Assembly: GCA_965662235.1 (NCBI GenBank)
Contig: CBFIGY010000038.1
Location: 1-24,991 of the forward strand
DNA length: 24,991 bases
DNA from: an uncultured bacterium
Lineage (GTDB): Bacteria; SAR324; NAC60-12
Reading direction: 5' to 3'
The notes beneath the pieces were generated by a model. It was not told where the DNA came from. It saw nothing but the letters and a program-made list of their open reading frames with translations, and did no database searches. Below are positions 17,674 to 24,991 of this stretch, piece by piece. Each line of letters begins with the position of its first letter. Positions within the stretch are counted from its first letter, which is position 1. A program made the position numbers and the translations under genes.

Positions 17674-17757
17674 CGCCTCACGATTGAGCTGCTGATTTCA
17701 GATCAAGAAGTCATCCTCTTGAACGTAGGCGATCATGAAGTCGTCTATGGCAAGTGA
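17674..17757 (+). pseudogene. 3' remnant of a RelE/ParE (plasmid stabilization) family toxin
   Basis: Reads RLTIELLISDQEVILLNVGDHEVVYGK*, resembling the RelE/StbE-type C-terminus YR(I/L)T(L/I)E...I-x-x-x-NVGDHD-x-VY. In-frame TAA at 17653 and no N-terminal part. Confidence 0.65.
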
Positions 17758-17825
17758 AGCAACCATCCATGTGATCAGTACCCCCGCCGGCTGTTCAACA
17801 ACATCCTCAATCTGTCCTGATCGCC

Positions 17826-20390
17826 ATGTTCAACGCCCTCCTCAATCGCCTTTCCCTGTGGTTTGAATCCCTCCCGGATCGGCTGCGCCCTCACCGAAAG
17901 GGGATGTGGATTCTCTTTTTCCTGTTGACCGGACTTCTGGGAGCAGGGATCTCCGACTTGAAATTGGACATGACGCTGGAGTCCTACTTTCAATCGGACG
18001 ATCCGATGAAGCAGGATCTGGATCGCTTTCGCCTGATCTTTGGGAGCGATGAGTCGAGTTACATCATCTACCGCGCCAAGGACGGTGATGTCTTCTCCCC
18101 GACGTCTCTGCGAGCAGTCCAGGGCATTCAGCAAGAGCTACAGCGTTACCGACTCCATCTGGAGCCCGGAACGTCTCATCCATTGGATCATCTGAGGGAG
18201 GTCCGAACGCTGCTGAATGCTTCTTACCTGGAGGCCACTGAGGATGCGTTGATTTCCCGACAGTTCATCGGAGATCACCTACCGACAACCCTCTCTGAGC
18301 GAGAGGCGCTCCGTCAAGCTGCTTTGGAGCAGCCGGATTTCCCCCTCCTCTACTTTTCCCCCGATTCCCGCTTTGGGGGCATGGTCCTACGGACAGATTT
18401 TGGAACCCGCGTTCAGCTTCCAGACAACCCGGATGCAGCAATTCCGACAGAGACCACAGATGACTTTGGCTTTGCGGAAGAGCCGCTGCTCGATCTCTCC
18501 GGAGACTCCGTGGAGGTCGCCACGACCAGCCGAACCGAAGGGCTTCCCGAATACCAGGCCACCGAGATGGAGGAGTATGTCGCTTTTTCCAAGGCGGTCT
18601 ATGAGATCTTGAACCGACCGGAATATGCCGAGCATCTGGAGTATCACCCGGTAGGGATGGCAGAGCTCTACTACTTCTTTGTCGAGATGGTGATGATGGA
18701 GATGGGTTGGATCTCCGTTGGGTCCATCGTCTTGATTCTCGGTGTTCTGGCGCTGCTCTTTCGTTCCTGGAGTGCGATGGTCTGGCCGGTGGGGATCATT
18801 GTCACGACCTTGATCTGGATCATGGGTCTGGTTGGTTGGAGCGGCGAACCCATGAGTTCAATGGTCACCATCATCGTTTATTTGATCCTGGCCGTTGGCG
18901 TCGCAGATGCGGTGCATATTCTTTCGGGCTACCTTTACTTCCGCAACCACGGCCAAGATCATGCGCAGGCGTTACGCTCCACTTACCGCAAGAGTGGTGT
19001 GGCCTGTGTCCTCACCAGCGTGACGACGGCGATTGGACTGCTGGCGCTGCTCTTTGTTCCCATTGTTCCCATCAGTACCTTCGGCATTTTTTCCGCGCTG
19101 GGAGTGGGGTTGGCGCTGCTCCTCACGCTCTTCTGGCTACCGCTGATGCTGGACCTCTGGTCTCCGGTGGCCCAGGTGGAGTCTGACGAAGCAGACCGCA
19201 TGCACCTGATTCAACGCTGGCTGCGCAAGGTAGAGCCGCTGAGTTATCAACATCCCTGGCGGATGACCCTCCTGTTCTCCGGATTGGGCGTATTTCTGCT
19301 GATCGGAGCCTTCCGGGTGCATGTTGATTCGAACATGGTCAACATCATCAAAGAAGGCGTCTCCCTCCGAGAGACCTATGAACTGGTCGATCAGCAGATG
19401 AGTGGAACCAACAACCTAGAGATTCTCATCAGCGGAGACCAGCCGGACCTGCTCAAGGACCCGGAGGTGCTGAAGGCCATGGAGGCACTGCAACAGCACC
19501 TGGCAGAACAATACGCTCATTTGGTGACGCGCACCTTTTCTCTGGTCAATGTGGTCAAGGATTCCTATCGGGTACTCAATGAAGGGCGCCCGGAGAGGCA
19601 TCAAATACCCAGCGATCGTGCGGTCCTGGCAAACACTCTGTTCTTGTTCAACAACGCCAACCCTACGGAACGTCGGCGCGTGGTCACGGACGATTATGCT
19701 ATGGGAAGGATCTCGGTTCAGCTCCGGAATGCAGGATCACAGGAATATCGAGCGTTGATTGAGGAGGTTGAAGCCTGGGCCGCGCAGCGATTTGCTCCGT
19801 TGACCCAGACGTATCCGAGCTTGACCGTCAGCGCAACCGGGACCATGGCCTTGACGATGGTTCTGACGGACTACATCAGCTGGTCGCAGATCAAGAGCTT
19901 TGGCTTGGCCTTGGTTGTCATTTCGGGGTTGCTGTTGCTGGCGTTTGGTTCGCTGCGTGCCGGGCTGGTTGCGCTCTTCCCCAACCTCTTCCCGATCCTG
20001 ACAATTTTTGGGCTGATGGGCTGGCTCAACATTCCGCTGGATGCTGACACGCTGTTGATTGCCCCGATCACCATCGGCATTGCCGTCGATGACACCATCC
20101 ACTTTCTCACTCACTACCGCGCCGAGATCCAGCAGCGCCAACAACCGCAAGAGGCCATCCGCCATGCCTTTCGCGAGACAGGACAGGCAATTTGCTTCAC
20201 GTCGATCATCCTCTCCCTGGGCTTTCTGATCTTTGTCTTCTCCCTGCATCAGGGGCTGAGCAATTTCGGAGTGATGAGCGCCATCGCCTTTCTGGCCGCG
20301 TTGTTGGCCGACCTCTTGTTGCTGCCTTCGCTGTGCCTGCTGGCCAACCTTCGATTTCCCACTTCCAAACCCACCAAGGAGTTCTCATGA
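17826..20390 (+). CDS. MMPL/RND-superfamily transporter
   Basis: Two halves each with 1+5 TM helices and a large periplasmic domain; motifs FGSDES, AVGVADAVH, IGIAVDDTIHF, ETGQAICFTS. Confidence 0.93.
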   Translation: MFNALLNRLSLWFESLPDRLRPHRKGMWILFFLLTGLLGAGISDLKLDMTLESYFQSDDPMKQDLDRFRLIFGSDESSYIIYRAKDGDVFSPTSLRAVQGIQQELQRYRLHLEPGTSHPLDHLREVRTLLNASYLEATEDALISRQFIGDHLPTTLSEREALRQAALEQPDFPLLYFSPDSRFGGMVLRTDFGTRVQLPDNPDAAIPTETTDDFGFAEEPLLDLSGDSVEVATTSRTEGLPEYQATEMEEYVAFSKAVYEILNRPEYAEHLEYHPVGMAELYYFFVEMVMMEMGWISVGSIVLILGVLALLFRSWSAMVWPVGIIVTTLIWIMGLVGWSGEPMSSMVTIIVYLILAVGVADAVHILSGYLYFRNHGQDHAQALRSTYRKSGVACVLTSVTTAIGLLALLFVPIVPISTFGIFSALGVGLALLLTLFWLPLMLDLWSPVAQVESDEADRMHLIQRWLRKVEPLSYQHPWRMTLLFSGLGVFLLIGAFRVHVDSNMVNIIKEGVSLRETYELVDQQMSGTNNLEILISGDQPDLLKDPEVLKAMEALQQHLAEQYAHLVTRTFSLVNVVKDSYRVLNEGRPERHQIPSDRAVLANTLFLFNNANPTERRRVVTDDYAMGRISVQLRNAGSQEYRALIEEVEAWAAQRFAPLTQTYPSLTVSATGTMALTMVLTDYISWSQIKSFGLALVVISGLLLLAFGSLRAGLVALFPNLFPILTIFGLMGWLNIPLDADTLLIAPITIGIAVDDTIHFLTHYRAEIQQRQQPQEAIRHAFRETGQAICFTSIILSLGFLIFVFSLHQGLSNFGVMSAIAFLAALLADLLLLPSLCLLANLRFPTSKPTKEFS

Positions 20391-21271
20391 GTTCGATCTC
20401 ACGAAGTTGCATCGTTGTCCTCTTTCTGGGGCTCTATTCGTTGGGGGCTCCGCTGCTCTCGGCTCAATCACCGCGGGAGATCATGCAGCAGGTTCAGGAC
20501 CGAGAGGATGGACGTACCGAGGTTTCCCGTATGAAGTTGGTGACCTGCCGGACGGTCAAGCGCGAAGGCCGGCTGGTGTGTGCCGAGGAACCTCGCATCA
20601 AGCTGTTTGAGAGCGTTCGCAAAGACGTTGGACCCAGTGAACAGGACACTCGTTCCGTGACCATCATTCGGGAACCGGCCGACGAACGTGGAATCGGCTT
20701 CTTGCAATACGACTACTCGGAGCAAGGCAGGGATTCGGACCAGTGGATGTATTTGGCCGCCTTGAAAAAGGTGAAGCGCATTGTCGCGGGAAATTCCGAT
20801 GAGCCGAAAACCGGCAGCTTTTTTGGTTCCGAGATTGGCTATGAGGATCTGGAAAATCGGCACCTCGACGATTATGAATATCGCCTGATCAAGGAGGAAA
20901 CCTATCAGCAACACCCCTGCTGGATCATTGAAAGTCGACCCATTCCGGAACAAGCCGTTCGCAGCAACTACAGCCGCTCCATCCAGTGGGTGGATCAGGA
21001 GCGATTCCTGAGCCTCAAAACACTGCTGTATGACCGACAAGGGCAGCCCCTCAAGCAAATTCTGGCCACACAGGTCGAGCAGCAGGACGGGATCTGGATC
21101 ACGCGACAGCTGCAGGTCTTCAATGTCCAGACCCGCAGGCAAACCAGCATGATGATTGAAGCGCTCGCCTTCAATGTGGAGGTTGCCGATGAGTTCCTCA
21201 CCCAACGTGCGCTGACCGACGCCGCCTTTCGCGAGGGGACCCTCCAGCAACTCACTCAGTCGTTGCAATGA
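20387..21271 (+). CDS. Outer-membrane lipoprotein-sorting protein (LolA-like)
   Basis: EPADERGIGFL, QWMYLAALKKVKRI, SFFGSEIGYEDL, YDRQGQPLK, signal peptide. AAGGAG RBS and ATGA overlap with the MMPL stop fix ATG 20387. Confidence 0.88.
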   Translation: MSSISRSCIVVLFLGLYSLGAPLLSAQSPREIMQQVQDREDGRTEVSRMKLVTCRTVKREGRLVCAEEPRIKLFESVRKDVGPSEQDTRSVTIIREPADERGIGFLQYDYSEQGRDSDQWMYLAALKKVKRIVAGNSDEPKTGSFFGSEIGYEDLENRHLDDYEYRLIKEETYQQHPCWIIESRPIPEQAVRSNYSRSIQWVDQERFLSLKTLLYDRQGQPLKQILATQVEQQDGIWITRQLQVFNVQTRRQTSMMIEALAFNVEVADEFLTQRALTDAAFREGTLQQLTQSLQ

Positions 21272-22662
21272 TCCGGCACCTGGTCTGGCTCTCGCTCTTC
21301 CTCACCGGCCTGAGTTCTTCTCTCGGAGCACAGGAATCCGACTTATTGGAAACCGGTGACTTTGGTTTTGAAGAAGAGTTGAACCTTGTGCTGCCCATCC
21401 CGGAGGAGTCACCTGCGGAAGACCCAACGTTTGGGGTGCAACCGCGCTGGACCCTTGATTCCTGGATGGCCTACCGCCTTCACAGCAAACGGCTGGTGAG
21501 TCAACGTCTCTCGCTCAGGCTGGAGCTGGAGCAGCTTTGGGGCGAGCGTTGGTTCTGGCGCTTTGACGGCAAAACCTCGTGGAACCTGATTTATGAAGAA
21601 ACCTTCTATCTAGGTCGGGATTATCCCGAAGACGTCCGTGAGGAGTTCCGCTGGCAGAATCACTGGCGGGAGGGATTTCTCCAGGGGCGTTTTGGCGCGT
21701 TCTCTTTGAAAATGGGGCAGCAAGTTCTGGTTTGGGGCGAGTCTGATGCGGCAGTGGTCACCGATCTGATCAGTCCACGGGACCAAACCGAGCTTTTCTC
21801 CACTCCAGTGGATGAGTCGCGAATTGGGCAACGCCTGCTGACCCTGGACTACTATCCTGGCGCAAATCAGCAGCTCACGTTGTTCTTCAACCCAGACCCT
21901 CAGGTCAACCGCTACGCTCCCGTCGGACATGAGTATGCGCTCTCCGCAAATGCAGGAGCGGTGATCCTTCCGGAGCAGTTGCCCAAATTTGGCAAAGAGA
22001 CCGAGTTTGGGATGCGCTGGAGCTTCACTCGAAACGGAGTGGATGTCAGTGGCAGCTGGGCAGACTTGATCGACAACGACCCCGTTTATGTGTGGCAGGG
22101 TCTGGAGTTTGGGCTGAAGAGCGAAAGCTTGACTCCAGTACCTGTTTGGGAACCGCAGTATCGTCGATTTCAGTTGCTGGGAGGAGGAGCTCAGGTCAGT
22201 TCAGGAGATCTTCTCTGGAAGGGCGAGGGCGCTCTGTGGCTGGGAAAGGACTTCACTTCGACCGAATCTTCCGGAGATGGAACCCGTGAGCGCAAGGTCC
22301 GTGTCCTCGCCTTGGGTGTGGAGTACAGCGGAAATGCAGGGGCTTTGTGGTCTCTGGAGGCCTCTGATCAGTGGATTGAGGATTGGGATGCTTCACTTTT
22401 GGGGACCCGTGAGCATCAAGACCTGGTGTACGCGAGTTGGTCCCGCTCATTCCAAAATGAGACGCTGCTTCCGCAGTTGGTTCTGGTCCACCAGCCCAGT
22501 TTGGGAGAATGGATGCTCCAAGCCGAGTTCCAGTACGACTGGAGCGATGTCGTGCAATTCCACATGGCGACCCAATCTTTTGAGGTCCACCACGCCGATT
22601 CTACACTCGGGCAACTTGCCCAGTTCCGCCAGTTTTCCTTGCAGCTTTCCGCCGTCTTTTAG
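21268..22662 (+). CDS. DUF1302-like outer-membrane beta-barrel protein
   Basis: Signal peptide, WREGFLQ...LKMGQQVLVWGESD...DLISPRD motif, amphipathic strands, C-terminal Phe; ATGA overlap with the LolA-like gene. Confidence 0.78.
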   Translation: MIRHLVWLSLFLTGLSSSLGAQESDLLETGDFGFEEELNLVLPIPEESPAEDPTFGVQPRWTLDSWMAYRLHSKRLVSQRLSLRLELEQLWGERWFWRFDGKTSWNLIYEETFYLGRDYPEDVREEFRWQNHWREGFLQGRFGAFSLKMGQQVLVWGESDAAVVTDLISPRDQTELFSTPVDESRIGQRLLTLDYYPGANQQLTLFFNPDPQVNRYAPVGHEYALSANAGAVILPEQLPKFGKETEFGMRWSFTRNGVDVSGSWADLIDNDPVYVWQGLEFGLKSESLTPVPVWEPQYRRFQLLGGGAQVSSGDLLWKGEGALWLGKDFTSTESSGDGTRERKVRVLALGVEYSGNAGALWSLEASDQWIEDWDASLLGTREHQDLVYASWSRSFQNETLLPQLVLVHQPSLGEWMLQAEFQYDWSDVVQFHMATQSFEVHHADSTLGQLAQFRQFSLQLSAVF

Positions 22663-22776
22663 CCCAAATCTTTTGGAGACGGGGCGATGTTGGTCGCTCT
22701 TAACCCCGCACTCCTCAGCCCCTCCCGAATTCCTTCTCAATGGGCTCAGATCCTGTACCTCTTCGTTGCAGAACCC

Positions 22777-22804
22777 GGGCAATTCGCTTTTCATGCGATT
22801 GCCC
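22777..22804. other. Stem-loop upstream of lepA
   Basis: GGGCAA-t-TCGC-ttttcat-GCGA-TTGCCC; function unknown. Confidence 0.3.
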
Positions 22805-22900
22805 TGTCCGCTGGCGCTTTGCACTGGCAGGAACCGTGTAAAGCTGCTACTTTAACACGTTTACGAGTTTACCTTCCCAACCCTGTTTTGGCATTCCTGC

Positions 22901-24718
22901 ATGGCCCAGAAGCCTGTTGATCCGCAACGCATCCGGAACTTCTCCATCATTGCTCACATCGACCACGGCAAGTCGACCCTGGCGGACTGCCTGATGCGGG
23001 AGACGGGCGCCATCACGGAGCGTGAAGCGCAGGAGCAGCTGCTCGACAACATGGACCTGGAGCGGGAGCGGGGGATCACGATCAAGTCTCAGTCCGTCCG
23101 GCTGGAGTACGTTGCCGAAGATGGAGAGGAGTACATCCTGAACCTCATTGACACACCCGGACACGTGGACTTCACCTACGAGGTTTCCCGTTCGCTGGCC
23201 GCGTGTGAGGGCGCCTTGCTGGTGGTCGATGCGGCGCAGGGAGTGGAGGCCCAGACCCTGGCCAACGTTTACCTAGCATTGGACAACGACCTGGAGATCC
23301 TTCCGGTGCTGAACAAGATCGACCTCCCCACTGCCGAGCCGGAACGGGTGGCGCAGGAGATTGAGGACATCATTGGCCTGGACGCCAGCATGGCCGCCCG
23401 GGTGAGTGCGAAGCGCAGCCTGGGGGTCCACGAAGTCCTAGAGCAGATCGTCCACCTGGTTCCTCCTCCCAGCGGCAAAAACGCCAATCCGCTGCAGGCC
23501 CTGGTCTTCGACTCCTGGTTCGACCCCTACTTGGGAATTGTCATCATGATCCGCGTGGTGGAAGGTGAGGTCCGGGTGGGAGATCGGGTCCGCTTCATGG
23601 CCACCGAAAAGGACTATGAGGTCACCCAACTCGGGGTCTTTACGCCCTTCAAGAAGGAGCGGGAGGTTCTGGGACCAGGAGAGGTGGGCTTCCTCTGTGC
23701 GTCCATCAAGACCATTGGGCACACCAAGATCGGGGACACGGTGACGCTGGCAGAGCGTCCCTGCGCCCGCCCGCTGCCCGGGTACGCTGAGGCCAAACCC
23801 ATGGTCTTCAGCGGCATCTACCCGGTGGACACGGAGCAGTATGAAGACCTCAAGGAGGCCCTCCGCAAGCTGGCCCTCAACGACTCCTCCATCACCTATG
23901 AACCAGAAACCTCGGTCGCGCTCGGGTTTGGCTTCCGCTGTGGCTTCTTGGGGCTGCTGCACATGGAGATTGCACAGGAACGGCTGGAGCGCGAGTTCCG
24001 GCTGAGCCTGATCACCACGGCGCCCAGTGTGATCTATCACGTTTACCTGAACGACGGCGAGGTGATTCATGTGGACAACCCCTCTCAGCTCCCTCCGGTG
24101 ATGGGCATCGACCGCATTGAGGAGCCCTACATCCGCGGACGGATCCTCACGCCTCCGGAGTTTGTGGGGGGCATCATGACCATGGCGCAGGAACGTCGCG
24201 GGACCCAGATCAACATGGAGTACCCTTCCCCCAACCGGGTGCAACTGGAGTACGAGTTCCCCCTCAATGAAATCGTCATGGACTTCTACGACCGCCTGAA
24301 GTCGGTCACCAAGGGATACGCGTCGTTTGACTATGAGCTGGATGACTACCGCAAGGGCGACCTAGTCAAGCTGGACGTGATGCTCAACGGTGAGGTCGTG
24401 GACGCCCTGTCGCTGATTGTTCCCAAGGAAAAGGCCTACTACAAGGGGCGGGAACTCGCCAAGAAGATCAAGGAACTCATTCCCAAACAGATGTATGAGG
24501 TGGCCATCCAGGCGGCGATTGGTGCCAAGGTCATTGCCCGGGAAACGCTGGGAGCAATGCGCAAGGACGTGACCGCCAAGTGTTATGGCGGAGACATCAC
24601 CCGGAAGCGCAAGCTGCTGGAAAAGCAAAAAGAGGGCAAGAAGCGCATGAAGCGCGTGGGGACCGTGGAAGTCCCGCAAGAAGCCTTCATGGCAGTCCTC
24701 AAGGTTGATCAGGGGTAA
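22901..24718 (+). CDS. lepA: Elongation factor 4 (LepA)
   Basis: [76 protein letters not shown]. Confidence 0.99.
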   Translation: MAQKPVDPQRIRNFSIIAHIDHGKSTLADCLMRETGAITEREAQEQLLDNMDLERERGITIKSQSVRLEYVAEDGEEYILNLIDTPGHVDFTYEVSRSLAACEGALLVVDAAQGVEAQTLANVYLALDNDLEILPVLNKIDLPTAEPERVAQEIEDIIGLDASMAARVSAKRSLGVHEVLEQIVHLVPPPSGKNANPLQALVFDSWFDPYLGIVIMIRVVEGEVRVGDRVRFMATEKDYEVTQLGVFTPFKKEREVLGPGEVGFLCASIKTIGHTKIGDTVTLAERPCARPLPGYAEAKPMVFSGIYPVDTEQYEDLKEALRKLALNDSSITYEPETSVALGFGFRCGFLGLLHMEIAQERLEREFRLSLITTAPSVIYHVYLNDGEVIHVDNPSQLPPVMGIDRIEEPYIRGRILTPPEFVGGIMTMAQERRGTQINMEYPSPNRVQLEYEFPLNEIVMDFYDRLKSVTKGYASFDYELDDYRKGDLVKLDVMLNGEVVDALSLIVPKEKAYYKGRELAKKIKELIPKQMYEVAIQAAIGAKVIARETLGAMRKDVTAKCYGGDITRKRKLLEKQKEGKKRMKRVGTVEVPQEAFMAVLKVDQG

Positions 24719-24851
24719 CTCACCCCTTCCCGATCAGCCCGTTTGCAGCCTTCTGTTCCGTTTCTCCCCCCTCTGCTCCACTCCCTCTTTCTCTGTACCC
24801 TTCTGCCTTGTCCCCAGAGCCCGGCTGAAGGGAACACGCCTCTCGGTTCCG

Positions 24852-24991
24852 TTTCTCTGCAACATGAGTCGAAAGGGAGACTGCTGAGACAATGCGCGCC
24901 GAGAGTTTTTTCGTACCCTCACGAGCGAGCAGGTTCACCACCAGCACTACCAGGGTCAGGAGGAAGCAAAGAAAGATCTCTTTGAATACCT
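24852..24991 (+). pseudogene. IS3-family transposase (integrase core, C-terminal part) remnant, runs off the window
   Basis: FLCNMSRKGDC*DNA...AESFF...RTLTSEQVHHQHYQGQEEAKKDLFEY resembles IS3 SMSRKGxCWDNAxAESFFxTLKxE...Y...EAxxxIFEY. TGA at 24885 replaces Trp, with small compensating frameshifts around AESFF. Confidence 0.8.

Noticed and set aside
20192..20386. Extended N-terminus of the LolA-like ORF
   Set aside because: Overlaps the last MMPL helices; RBS and ATGA coupling support 20387.
22687..22920. 77-aa ORF before lepA
   Set aside because: No motif, overlaps the lepA start and its likely promoter region.
24720..24985. Short ORFs on both strands after lepA
   Set aside because: Better explained by the low-complexity tract plus the IS3 remnant.
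1..24991. CRISPR array, rRNA, tRNA, prophage or recognisable defence genes
   Set aside because: No spaced repeats, RNA-gene signatures or phage/defence motifs were seen.

Overview
GC-rich (roughly 60-65% by eye) chromosomal segment of a diderm bacterium; taxonomy cannot be fixed from the sequence alone. Left to right: an intact single-ORF IS66 (ISBst12-type) element with 14-bp terminal inverted repeats; a large TPR lipoprotein; a DUF4149-like membrane protein; an orphan PAS histidine kinase; a tightly packed six-gene minus-strand run (secreted hypothetical, HAD phosphatase, recD, ankyrin protein, trpB, trpA); a divergent three-gene cluster (highly divergent HisG-fold protein, secreted 2x CsgG/LpoB-like + FGE/C-lectin-fold protein, small outer-membrane barrel); a RelE/ParE toxin remnant; a somewhat lower-GC MMPL/RND + LolA-like + DUF1302-like trans-envelope transporter cassette; lepA; and an IS3 transposase remnant at the right edge. 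The best candidates for undescribed biology are the HisG-like cluster and a DFGFxEE motif shared by the inner- and outer-membrane parts of the MMPL cassette. No rRNA, tRNA or CRISPR array was seen. All family assignments come from motif recognition by eye, not database searches.
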